64,000 bases of DNA from Microthyrium microscopicum. Its lineage: Eukaryota. A model generated the notes under the pieces. It ran no database searches. It saw only the letters and a list, made by a program, of their open reading frames with translations, and was not told where the DNA came from. This document shows, one piece after another, positions 12,176 through 25,279 of this stretch. Both the position numbers and the translations under genes were made by a program. The stretch spans positions 1,685,530 to 1,749,529 of the forward strand of contig MU004238.1 in NCBI GenBank assembly GCA_010405405.1, in the 5' to 3' direction. The stretch's first letter is position 1, and every line of letters begins with the position of its first letter.

Positions 12176-15100
12176 TTCTTCCTTACTAGTATAAACTCTT
12201 CTAAGATTATAAATCTTATAGCTATAGCTTTAATAAATAAGTAAAATAAAAAGAATATTATAATAATTAATAAAGAATCTTTACCTAGAAACTAGGTCTA
12301 TTACTCTAGCTATATTAAATAGTAATTTCTAAAATATTATTCTCTAAGAACTCTTCTTAAGATCTTAGTTAACCTATTATAAATAGTACTTAGGTATTTA
12401 TAGCTCCTTAATCTTTTTAAGAAGGTTTATCTATATAAAAGCTATTAGTAGTAGTATATTAAGAAATTATAAAGAGTTTATATAAGTATACTAAAGCTAC
12501 TTAATCTAGTAAGGAATATATATAATCTACGTATTAAGGCCTTAAAGGATAAAGTTTATAAGAAGTAATATATAGGTAGTAATAAAGAACTAAGTAGTAA
12601 TTACTAGTCTAAATAAATATAGAGATAAGAGCTTAATTTTATATTTATAAAGCTTTATAATTTATTATCTTTTCTTTTTCTTCTTTATTATACTTCTATA
12701 ATATTTTTAAGCTAGTAGAAGTAAATTTCCTTTTATACTTTTAATATTATTAAATATAAGTAACTTTATATATTCTCTTTACTTAAAACTTACTATTTAT
12801 ACTTTCTAAAGCTCTTAAAATAGCTCTTCTAGGTATTCTAAAAAAGAATAGCTTTTAAAAGTTTAATAAAGGAAACTCTTTCTATTTAGGTACTTATTAG
12901 AAAATTATTAACGCTTTAAAGGAAGATAAGTAGAAATAGCTCTTACCTTATATAACTTATTTATATAAAAAGGTTAAGACTAAGGTTTTATCCTCTTTAC
13001 TAAGTTATAAAGAAACTTTTATAAAATTAGTTTATAACTTAATTAAGCGTTATTCTTATTCTATAAGTTTCTAGCTAATTAACTAAATTTTAAAGGCTAA
13101 TAAGGAAGAGGAAAATCTCTTTAGTAATACCTCTAATAATATTTTTTATTCTTATTATAAGTTTTTAATATCTTTTATAATGCTAAGAATATTTTATTAA
13201 ATAATTTATATTAATAATACTCTTACTTAGAAATTAGTATATATAATAAAAAGTCTAGACTTATTAGAAAGTAATTATAAAGCTAAGTATAGAACTTTTA
13301 TACTTTTTAACTTATTATAGATATGTAATTTTTATATTAAGACTTTTATAATAGTTTTAACTTATAAGTATAAGGTTACTAAAAAAGAGTTAGTAAACTT
13401 AGTAAAGTATTAAGAGTTTATAAAGTAAAAAATAAAAGGTTATAAAGATTAACTAGTTTTTACTAATAAGAGCTTAGAAGATACTTATAAGTATATTAAA
13501 ACTACTAAAGCTATATATAATAAATATAAGTAAAAGTTAAAGTAAATAAAATTTTAAAAGTATAAACGTAAAGTAAGCTTAATAGTAATTCTAAAAAAGC
13601 TATTTACTACGCGTAGTTATATAAATATAGTAAAACTAACTACTAAGAAGAGTATAAATTATTAAGAGAAGTAGATTAAGTTCCTAAATTCTAACTAGTA
13701 TCTTATCTTTAAAGATATTAAATTTTTAAAGAAGAAAGTAACTTAGGAATTACTTTTTTAGCTCCTAAAGTATTATTAGAAAAATAGAAGTATTTTAATA
13801 AAAGTTACTAATATCTTAGTACTTATATCTTAGTAAGGAATTTATTAATATTTAAGTACTTTACTCTTAACTAAAAATATCTTATTATTATCTTCTTATT
13901 TAAAGACTTCTATAATATATATAACTATAGAAAGAAAGTAAGAAAAGGCTTATAAGCGTTATTAAGATTCGTTATAAGTCTATACTTATAATAAGTATAT
14001 TATTAATATATATAAAGAGAATAAAGCTTTTTTTCTAAATAGCGTCTATACTAATTATATATTTAATAATAAGCCTTAAACTTATTTATTTTATAAGGAC
14101 TACGTTCTACTATAGAGTTAGAAGAAAAGTTTAAATCTTATTATTATTTAGTTATCTACTTCTCTTAGTATTCTTAAATTACTAATTAATAAGAAGTACT
14201 TTAAAATAGCTAAAATTACTATAGAATTAGTAGCCTAAATAAAGCTCTTAGAAAATAATAAGAAGAAGTAAATATAGGCCTTAAAGAGATAAGACTCTAT
14301 AGGATTATAGTAGGATATATAGTAATAGTTCTTTAATATTTCTATATTTCTTAGTCTTATTTTATTAGTTTATTAAAGAGTAGACTTTAGTAATAATCCT
14401 AGAGATTACTAAAAAGATCTAAAGATAACTTATTATATTTAAATATTCTTAATAATAGTCCTAAGGATTACTAAGAAAATCTAAGGATTTAGCTTATTTA
14501 TTATAGCTTATAATAGTTTACTTAAATTAATAATAAAATAAAAGTAATTTCTTATAAATAGTTTCTTAAATAAATATAATTAAGAAAGATTATAAAAGAG
14601 ATAATAAAAGGTTAATTTTTCTTTTCTTTCTTATAGGCACCTTACCTATATTTATATATAAGATAATCTCTTATTTAGAAGTAGCCTTTTATTATCTTTA
14701 TTCTAATCTTAAATATTATAGACTAGTACTAGGATATATAGAACTACTAGGTATTATAGTTAGCTTAAATATATTAGTATTCTATAAGAATTCTTTAGTT
14801 ATATCTATTTCTTATAGTAAACTAAGTTTAAAATAATTTATAAGAAGAACTTCTACTTTTATAGTATTTAGTAATAAAGAGTTAATACTCTAATAGTTCT
14901 CTTTAGGATTAAATACCTATTTATATAAATTTATTATCTCTAGTATAAGTATATAGATAATTAGGATAGTAATCCTATTATAACTTCTTAGCTTTAATAA
15001 TTTATTTTTTTAATCTTATTATTCTAGTAATATAAAAATTAATTCTTAATTTATTATAGCTAGGAGGATTTCCTTCTTTACTAAGCTTTAATTTAAAGAA

Positions 15101-18100
15101 ATAGAAATATTATTATTATTTTTTTTTATTAAATTTTATAGTACTATAAAATATTTTATCTTCTATATAATTTACTTTATTTACTCTAGATTACTTTATA
15201 CTAAAGCTAAAATTAGATTAAAAGGAATATATTCTAATACTATAAGAGTTTCTAAGTTACTACTTAGATTATAGATAGTTACTATAGAATATTTTTTTTC
15301 TTATTTATAAATACCTACTTTAGCTTCTTAAATTTTTTTTATAAAGTTAAGAGAAATAGTAGGTAGACTTAAGTAATATCTCTTAGTACTAAACTTCTTA
15401 ATATTAATTAACTTTACTAAAAGGTTTCTTAATCTATTAAGCTAGTTTTTCTTAATTATAATAGATATATTTATTTTACTTCTATACTCTTTATTTAAGA
15501 CGCTTTTAAAGTTATTCTTACTTAATTACTTATACTTAGGATATAGCTAGTTTTAGTAATAGTATTTTTTTTTTTTTATATATATATCTATATAAAGTAA
15601 TTCTTATAAATAAGGTTTTTAAGTACTTTTCTATTAAGTATCTTAAGAGTATATATTCTTAAGGAATAAGCCTTTAAAACTTTATAAAAGCTAAACTATA
15701 CTACTTAGAACTTAGTTTTATTTAAGTTTTTAAGAAGTATATAAAAACCTATAAAGAACTTAATAATAAAGTCTTTTTTTAAAATTATATTATTATTAAT
15801 AAGGTTTAAGGCTATAGCTTATTTTAATAAAGTATTATAATAGACTTACTTAGTAATTCTAACCTTCTTTAGGTAATCTTTAGTAATTATATAGATAAGA
15901 GGTATAATACTAGTTAATTTAGCCTATTTATTTTCTTTTACTTAGTTTATTTTAAAATCTTTAAAATCTCTTTTATAGATAAGAAAGAAGAGAAATATTT
16001 CTAATATAGTATAAGCTTATACTCTAGTAGTATAAACTACTTAATTTAGATATAAATCTTAGCTAGCTATAAGTTTTCTTTTTAAGAACTTAGTTAAGAA
16101 TATATCTAGTAAGCTATTAAATTTTTTAACCTTTTTATTAGACTAGGAGTTATATAAAGCTATTAAGTAGTACTTAGTCTTTATTTATTATAATAAGAAT
16201 AAAATTACGTTTAAAATAAATTAAGGTCTATTATTTAAAGTTAATAATTAAAAAGGACTATATTCTAAAATAATTTTTCTATAGATAAATTCTATAACTA
16301 TAAAAGTAGTAGTATTTAGTATTACTTTTATAATAAACTATCTTATAGTATAGTTAATTATATAAATAATATACTAGTTCTTAAGAAGACTCTATAAAAG
16401 TTTACTAATTAAGTTAATTTTCTAAGCCTTAAATAGCTATAGGTTTTATACTTAATAGTAAGACTTATATTTAGGCTTACTTTAATCTATCTATTAAACT
16501 TAATATATAGAATAGAACTTAGTAAATTCTTAGAAGTTATCCTCTATTCCTAACTACTAACTCTTTAGTTTAAGAATACTAGTAAGGCTTATATATAATA
16601 AGTACTTATACTAATTATATATTTTCTTAATAAGGTCTTAGTAATAAAGAGAATAAATATAGAGTAAACTAGTAAGTATCTTAGCTTTAATAGAATCTTT
16701 TTCTAAGAATAAATACTTATATTTTTTTTTAATATTACTATTAGGATTAATCTAAAAATAATTAAGAACGCTTTTTTAAAGCTTCTTCTATATACTAGTA
16801 GAAATAATATAATCTTTCTTTTTTAATACTTTTTATAAGCTCTATATATAGAGAGCTTCTTATTCTTTTTACTCTTATAAGGATTCTAATAGGGTAGCTT
16901 ATACCTTAAAAGATAAATTATTATTATTATTTTTAGACTCTATTTCCTAAATAGTATTAATTTATCCTTCTTAAAAGTTTAAATAATAACTAAGAGTATT
17001 AAGAATTACTACTTAAAAACTCTTATAATATATAAAGATAAGATTAAATTCTTAGAACTTTTTAATCTATTAAGTAATATATTAGATATTATTTTTAATT
17101 ATATTTATATACTATAAGCTATTATAATCTATAATTACTTTAGTAGTCTTCTTTAGAAAGTAATATTAATATCTCTTAATTATATTCTTAACTATAAAAA
17201 GCTCTTTCTTATATACTAGATAGTTAAGTTTAGCTTTACTTAGCTTATAGCTATTAAAAGTAACTAAGTATTATTTACTCTAGTTATTTTTTTATACTAG
17301 CTTATAACTAATTATATAATCTAAAGTATTTATCTAGAGTTTTATAGGCTTTTATAAATTATATACTACTAAGATAAGTAATAAAGTTAATAAAGTCTTA
17401 ATTCTATTAAAGGCTATAGTATATTAATAAGTCTAAGTAATAAAGTAGTATTTCTTTTTTTTAATATTTAAGTTAGCCTTCTTTAGAAGGTTAAAGATAA
17501 AGGTAGTAATCTTAGTAAAGTTCTTAATATATTACTAGTAGTATAAGGTAAAATTAAAGAATTAATATACTTTATATATATTTTTAGTTATAAGCTAAAA
17601 CTTAATTAAGGTAGTCTTTTTATATAAGGATTAAATTTACTAATTTTCTACTTTATAGCTATAAAATTTAATCTTTTTAACTCTAAAGACGTATTTATTA
17701 GAATAAGTATAAAGCTTATTATTCTAAAAGATTTTTAAAACCTAGGTAATATACTTATAATATTCTTCTATAATATTTAAGTAAATAATAATATTATTTA
17801 AGTAAATAACTACGTAGGTTAATAGAAAGAGTTAAAGAAATATATTTATTATATATTAAAAGAATAATAGCATATTTATTAATTTAAAAGATATAATAAG
17901 GAACTTATACTTCCTAAACTTAGTATTAAAGGCTATTTTCTTAATATTTTTTTCTATTATATAGATTTACTAATAGCTTAATAGGAAGTTAAGCTTAAAG
18001 AAAAATTTTACTTTACTAATAGTATTAAAATACTTATTAATCTATAGTAAGGAATAAGTATTCTTACGTATAACTATATTAAGTAAATAGTAGTTAATAT

Positions 18101-21100
18101 ATATTCTTTATTTTCCTTCTAGCTTTAATACAAATAAGATAAAAAAACTTTAAAAACTTTCTAAGACTCTAATAAGTTCTTTAGTAAGTAGTTCTTAAAT
18201 CTACTTTTCTTATTCTTTTAGTTATAAGCTAGATATTTAATAATAAGCCTAGTTATAAAGAGAGACGTCCTTTATAGAGATTTTATAATTAAACTTAGAA
18301 TATAGTAAGAGTTTAAGAAGGATATAATAAAAGGACTTATAATAATTATTTAAAAGTTTCTATATATCTTTATCTTTTAGAGCAAGTTTATTAATATTAA
18401 GGTTATTAGTTATTAAGAAGATATTAGGCTATTCTTATATTTCTTAAATTAGCTAAAGAACACTCTTAACTTTATCTTTTACTCTTTTTACTCTATTTTA
18501 AAGTATTTAAAAAATTATATAAAGAGAGCTAGCTATAAACTACTCTATTTATTCTAAGTAGCTTCTCTTATTCTAAAGAGGCTCTACTTAGCGTTTTATA
18601 GTAAGCTTATAAATATATAAGCCTTTTAAGTATTACTCTATAAGCTTAATTTACTTTATTATCTAGTTAATCTATAGATTATATAATTAGAACTATAAGA
18701 GTCTAAAAATAATATTAAGATTAAAGATATCTAAGATATAAGCCTTAAAGTAGCTATAAAAGGTTCTAATATAATAAAGTAAGTAAATCCTAAAGAAAGT
18801 TATAATTATATAGCTATCTATAAGAATAACTTCTTTCTCTAGAATAAATATTATAAGAGCTTTAAGTTTCCTAATAATCTTTTAACTAATATAAATAAAG
18901 TTAGCTTCTAAGTCTAAGAAAGCTATAATTTTAATAGAATAATTTTTATAATATAAGTAAATAAGTAGATATAAGAGAGTATTACTATATCTACTTATAT
19001 AGTTAAGGAAAGCTTATTAGTTATTATATAAATAAATAAAGTATTCTAGTTCTAAGCTAGAAGATTCTTATTTATCTCTTAGTAATAATAGTTTTTTAAA
19101 CTCTATTATTATTAGTTAAGCTTTTTATAATCTATAGCGCAATAGCTAAGTTTACTATAATTTTAGTACTTAAGTTTAGAATTATTTATAAAAGCTTTTC
19201 TATTTTTAGAGTCTTTTTTATAAGAAGGCTATAACTTCTTATTAAAGTTAAATTTCTTAGAGTATTAAGTATTATATTATCTTCTAGGATAGTAACTATA
19301 GCTATTTATAGTATTAAGCTACTCTAAATTATTATTATTTAACTTAGGCTTATTATTAGTATAGCTATTATTATTAACTTCTTTAAGATATTTCTTAAAA
19401 CTAGTATTTAGAGTAAGCTTTTTATCTTCTTTAAAACTAAAGGAAATTTTATTAAGCTACCTTAGCCTATAAGCATTATAAGTATTATATATATTCTTAT
19501 AGAAGTTTATATTATATTTAATAATCTTTTATTTAAAGGCTAAAATATTAATTATAGAATTAAGAATAGTACTATGCCTATACTTAGCTTTAAAGATAAC
19601 TTATTCTTTAAGGCCTCTTTAAATTTAGATACTTAATTTATAATTAGTAAGTATAGGATTTATTTAAGTCTATAGAATATAAAGATAATAAATAAATTCC
19701 TTAGTAAATAAAACCTATAATATATAGTTCTACTAAATACTAATCTTAAGTATATCTTTTTTAATACTAAATATAGGTTAAAAATAGGTAAAGAAGTAAA
19801 ATAAACTTTTAAGTATCTTAAACTTCTCTATAACCTATTATTAAGCTAAATTAGCCTATAGAAAACGTTACTTAATAAGGAGATATTTTCTAACCTTAAT
19901 AATTTTCTATTACTTAGGTAGGGTAGAATCTAATAGGATAATATCCTTATTAGCTTTAAAGATATAAAGAAGACTCTTAGTCTAGGTATTATACTTACTT
20001 AGTTTCTTAGAGAATAAACTATTAGGAAGTATCTTAAACTTAGTTAAATATTATCTTTATTTCTAAAGAACGTCTCTTATTATCTTAATAAGTTTTTAGG
20101 GGCTAAAGGTTTAGAAGAGTAATTTAATAGTCTTATCTAACTTCTTACTTAGCTTTTTTATAAAGTCTAAGTAAGTAATATTTATTTATAAAGTATCTTA
20201 AGTTAACGCCTATATCTAGGTATAAGCCTTAATTTTATCTATTTAATAATTTTAAGTACGTAGAGTAAACTTATTTACGTTAAAGTAAAAGGTTAATTTA
20301 ATAATATAATTTACTATCTTTTATTACTAGGTATATTAGATATCCTTTATAAGTTTAAGGCTATAATCTTATTTAATTTACCTATTAGTAATAAAGTAAA
20401 ATAATACTTCTTAAAGAAGAATAAGCCTATTTATAAACTACTAATTTCTATTATTATTACGTTAAAAAGTTTAGTTATAGGTCTAAGAAACGTAGTTAAA
20501 TCCTTTAGGAGTATAGTTCTAAGTCTAAGAGAGAGTTTATAGTTTAGTAAGAAGATAGTTAATAGTCTAGAGATTAACTTACTATACGTTAATAAAATAG
20601 TTTAAGGCTTAAGGCCCTAATTACTAAATATTAATAACCTAAGTTATAAAGTTAAGACTAAGATTTAGTATACTAGAAAGGTTATCTAGTAATATAAGAG
20701 TAAGTTACTTATTCTAAAGATTTAGGTTAATAATCTAAGCTTAGTATTATATCTACTAAGTATTTTATTCTATAGCTTAGGCTATAATATTATTATACTA
20801 GTTATTTATTTTAGTAAAGAGAAGTAATAGTTTTAATAAAGAGTATAATCTTAGTAAAGTAAAAAAAAAGTCTTAAGATCTAAAAGTTCTTATACTAAAG
20901 TTAGTTAAATAGAATCTAGAGTTAGAAGATTATTTTAAGGTAGATTTTTATACTTCCTTAATATAAATAAGATTTTAATCTAATTTCCTAAGATAACTTA
21001 AGGCTAAGAGTCTACGTTATTACTTATTAGCTTTAATCTATATAGTAAAGTTCTTATAACGTTATTCTAAAAGATTTTTTAAGAAGAAATTCTTATATTT

Positions 21101-21473
21101 TATCTAATAGCTATATAATTAATATAGCAAAGGTTAGTAGGGATAAAGAGGATATTATTATAAGAGAGATAATTTTTATAATATATTTAATAATTTTTAA
21201 AATAGTAGTTTAAATTAAAGATAATTTAAGATATTTTTAGAATATATTATAGTAAGGAATATTATTATATATAAATCTTAAGAATTATTTCCTAATATAT
21301 AGTTATTAAGTATTAGGCTATAATAAGGCTAGCTAATTAAGAGATAATATTCTTAGAGTATATTTTACTAAATATTAATCCTAAGTAATTATTAATAATA
21401 AGATAAATCTAGGGATTTCTATAAGAGGTCTATTATCTAGAGGTCTTAATTAAATTAAATTATTACTACTAGA

Positions 21474-21625
21474 TATTATAAGAATATAAGAAATAAAGCG
21501 TAGTTAATTACTATAGGAGTTTAAGGGCCTAATATAGTTTTTAGAATATACTAATTAGGGGATTATGTTATCCTTAATTAGGTCCTATAATTATCTAATC
21601 CCTTGGCATGTTCTTTATTACAACA
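21474..21625 (-). repeat. 5' LTR
   Basis: Direct repeat of 12024-12175; ends CAACA followed by the TSD. Confidence 0.9.
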
Positions 21626-21968
21626 CTAGAGAACGTCTTAGCTAGATGGACCCTACGCGAATACTAGTACCCAGCCATACAAGCGTAGAATAACTCGAAA
21701 TGGAATGGTCTCCTAGTTGCGACTAACAGGACTAATCTCGCCCAACACGGACTACCGCATTTATCGGAAAAGCGCAGACCCGTGAGAATGAGAGTCGCCA
21801 GAGATGAAGAAAATTTGCAGAAACTTTTAGGTCATTTCTGTGCTCGCGTGTACGTATACAAAGCTGGCACGGTGGGATACAAGAGCGCGTGTGGTTGGAG
21901 ACTTGGAGAGGAAATGACGCTAATGCATGCCAAGGGTGTGATCCGAGCACCGCGCTAAGCATTTTAGG

Positions 21969-21999
21969 TTATCTGATCCGCCTTTTTAAGTTATCTGAT
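21969..21999. promoter_or_regulatory. Tandem SreA-type GATA boxes
   Basis: Two copies of GTTATCTGATCCGC; TTATCTGAT at 21969-21977 and 21991-21999 (reverse complement ATCAGATAA). Confidence 0.65.
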
Positions 22000-22689
22000 C
22001 CGCTCAATGCAGCTAATCCTTGTCTCCAGTCCCCAATAGCGAGGATTTGCATGATTGACCTGAGGTGATGCCCACATTTGCTCGAAAATGAGGAAATCCA
22101 ATTTCGGGCAGTTTCTAAGCTAAAGATACCTTCGCAAAATCTGGACTCTAGTGCTCACTTGGCTACTAAAATATTTAGTCAGTCGTCAATAGCGGCCTCG
22201 GGATTTCACTCAGGCATGCAGCTACCGGTATGAAGTCAAATGGCAATTTGAGTCTACATCGAAAAGCATTTCTCGGGAAGAGGTTACATAATGTTATGAG
22301 ACAATATGTAGCTCTATAGATTGTGTAGGCTCGCAAGCTTTGAGTGTGCTTTGGCACTGAAAATATTCTGCGCCAGTAAAAAAGCCAATCGTCAGGATGA
22401 GTGCCATGAATTGTGTGTATTCCCAAAATAAATCAGCACTCAAAGGATATCATGGTGTTCATATTGGAATGAGCGCTTGAAAGATACATAGAACAAACAC
22501 CTTCGCTCTGGTTATTAACCTCATTAAGGCATCTCATTTCACCAAATGTTTATAACGAATAAATATAGAAATCCAGATATGCATATTCAGATTGGAATAG
22601 TTATTATGTGTTCTCTAGTACTAAGCTAAGTACGTATACTACACGTCATCCTTTGTATTCTCTCATTTTGTCAACATAAACGTTTAGGC

Positions 22690-24618
22690 TTAGAAGACTA
22701 GTCCCTTAGTTTGCTTGACGCGGTTGACGTTGACATCCTTAATCATAAACACCCAAATCAGTGAAGTTGCCATGATGCAGACACCAGCAGTGCACATATA
22801 CTTCTGTGCCACAGCATAAGATGTGATGATAGCATCCCGCACAGGATCGCCCATGGGGTAACTCAGTTGAGTATCGAGATCATTGTAGATATCCGTGAGA
22901 TTAGCTTGCGCATAGTCAGGAAGATTCTTGGCCAAAGCTTCCGGGAAGGTGTTTGTCCAGACAGCGCCAGAAATTGAGTTCCCAATGGCGCCGCCAATGT
23001 ATCCAAACAGTCCAAGTAAAGCCAAAACAGCTGCGAATTGCTCATGCTCAACAACAGACATGATGGATATTTGTTGAGTCAAGATGAGAGTGCCGCCGGA
23101 GATAGCTATGAATATCTGGCACATGACCACGTAGCCAACGCTCCAGCCTGGCTGTCTGAAATAAATCATAAGTCCAATGCCTAAGATATCCATGGGAACA
23201 GCGATGATCATGATCCACTTGAAATGTCCAGTTTTGCGGACCAGATATCCAATAAAGAAAGTCCAGATTCCAGATACAACGTCAAAGACGCTGCCAACAT
23301 ATCCAGCCTCTGAAATGCCAAGGTTATGAACCACCTGTAGATAAGAGGTAAAATAACCGCTCCAGCAATAATATCCGACTTGAAAAGCAAGGGTCAACAT
23401 GCAAGTACCCAGAACTGAGCGATGCAGTAGAATGCTGAATGGTAAGAAAGGCTTCGGGGCGAGGAACTTTTCGTATAGGACAAAAGCGATGAGTAACACG
23501 AAGCCGAGGACGAGCATGGCAATGATGTGTGGTGTTTTCCATTGGTCGACGGCATCTCCAGCAATCGAGAAAGGGAGGAGGAAGAGACAGAAGCCAGCTG
23601 CGAATAGAAATACACCAAAGGCTGTTGACATATGAGCTCAGGTTGCATACTCAGGATTCCAAGGAGAACATACCGTCCACATCAACAATATAAAACCAGA
23701 TACTCTGGTTCCATTTCCTACCACTGTTCCTGGGAGTCAACAGTCCTGATTTCTTTGCCTTCTGCTGCCAAAGCATAAGGGTAATGAATAATGGCGCAGC
23801 TACGACTGGCAAGATGATGCAGAAAATACCAAAGGCCCATTGCCAACTGATTTTCTCATAAAAACCTTCAGCCGCTTTGGGACCTGCAAAAGCGGTGATG
23901 ATATACGGCGATGAGGTAAAAGCATAAGCCAGAGCTCGATTTTTAAGGGAAGTGACATCAGCAGTAACGACGTCACAAGAGTAGATGAGCGCATCGAAGC
24001 CGACAGTGTAAAAGACCTGTCATGTTCATCAGTACCAATCTCGAATATAAATAAGCATAGCTGCCTACCTGTGCTGCCGCGAATGTCTCCACGTTTGTCG
24101 TTTTGGCCATCAAGATCAATCCCAAAGTTGCTACGCAAAGCGCAACCGCGAAACCTTGTGGTCGACCCCACAGGTCAAGTAATCTCGACACAGCAAGCCG
24201 CAAGGAGCCAGCCATGACATTGGACACAATGTATATTGTTGGTACCAAAGAGTGAGCTGCAAAATCTGACAAGACAAAAGGCGTCAAGTTGCTGGTGATT
24301 GAAGATTGGAAAGCATTGGCAAAATACACCAGCCAGATTCTACAAACATCAGCATGGGGTTTCTTCGAATGTGTATGCCACTCACGATGCGAAGACAGTA
24401 ATCAAGAATGGTTTTGTCCATGTCAGAGTAATGGCTTCAGCGTTCCGAACTCCATTCTGTACTTCTGGATCTGGTACGTCACTGAGACTTTCCGAGACAT
24501 CTCTGGTGTTTTCGGCCACATTTTTATCTTCGGCAGAGATATGGACTGGCTCTTCGTGCAGACTGCTTGGCTCATTCTCGAGGCGAGATCTAAAGCGAGA
24601 TCTCACTTTGGAAAACAT
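22690..24618 (-). CDS. MFS siderophore-iron transporter (SIT/Arn family, MirB-like)
   Basis: Four exons (24618-24386, 24339-24069, 24016-23674, 23621-22690) with canonical splice sites. Motifs GVRNAEAITLTW, DLWGRPQG, DVTSLKNRA and YFTSYLQVV; multiple TM segments. Confidence 0.88.
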
Positions 24619-25161
24619 GGTGTTGATTGTTCAAGACGACAAACTAATTGATAGTTCGAGATGTTGGACGAAAAAAAAGACTAGCAGCCAAGACAGGAAT
24701 CCCAAAGTCTGGAATTTGGGGACAATAATGATCTCTGCAGCGATCACTGACACTAACATACTGTCGACCAGCAACATATCACGGCTTGACGAGTAAAAAC
24801 CTTGAAGCATCTAGAATATGCAGGCGTAGGCCGAAGCCGGAGGATTCGTCGCAAAGTTGACGACCGGGCATAGCGAGCAATTGCATGTTTTACTCTCTAA
24901 AGCCCCATTGAAGGACATGACTTTAGAAGATTTACCCAAAAACTCGAGTTTGTCCACAAAGCAAGAGAGCAAGAAGGAGTTCAGAAGGCATACTACAGAC
25001 TGGGAAATCCCTGCAGCCCCACATGCATGGACCCAGGATTGCATTAGCGTTCCCATCGTGGCCTACCAGGAAGGTTAAAGTTCAAAAACGTTGCTCACGA
25101 TGCAAGCGCCGTTCCCAGTGGACTGGTAAAGTGGCTGGAAACCCACGCACATCCTGGGCTC

Positions 25162-25205
25162 ATCTGATAAAAGTTATCTAATCGAAAATGAAAATCTTAT
25201 CTGAT
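25162..25205. promoter_or_regulatory. Cluster of SreA-type GATA boxes in the divergent MFS/ABC promoter
   Basis: ATCTGATAA at 25162-25170, TTATCTAAT at 25174-25182 and TTATCTGAT at 25197-25205. Confidence 0.7.
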
Positions 25206-25279
25206 CCCGTGCTAGTGTTTTCAAATTTTCATCTCCTTCTTCCTTCGAGCAGCCCAGCTCTGTCGTTGCGTCTTCGCGG

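Larger units (their letters stand above)
12024..21625 (-). mobile_element. RIP-inactivated Ty3/gypsy LTR retrotransposon (9602 bp)
   Basis: 152 bp LTRs at 12024-12175 and 21474-21625, outer ends TG...CA, 5 bp TSD CTAGA (12019-12023 and 21626-21630). Extremely AT- and TpA-rich with no ORFs. Minus-strand RT relic at ~17770-17915 reads KYKFLIISFKLIN...YVVIYLNNIIIY, a RIP version of YEFLVMPFGLTN...YLDDI. Purine tract next to the left LTR on the minus strand. Confidence 0.92.

Noticed and set aside
12024..21625. AT-rich block as centromere, organellar insertion or contamination
   Set aside because: Bounded exactly by LTRs and a TSD and contains an RT relic; explained by RIP.
21469..21630. Right LTR flanked by CTAGA on both sides, suggesting an independent solo LTR
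   Set aside because: The inner CTAGA falls where the RIP-mutated primer-binding site is expected, and a matching LTR with the same TSD lies at 12024. A single full-length element is simpler.
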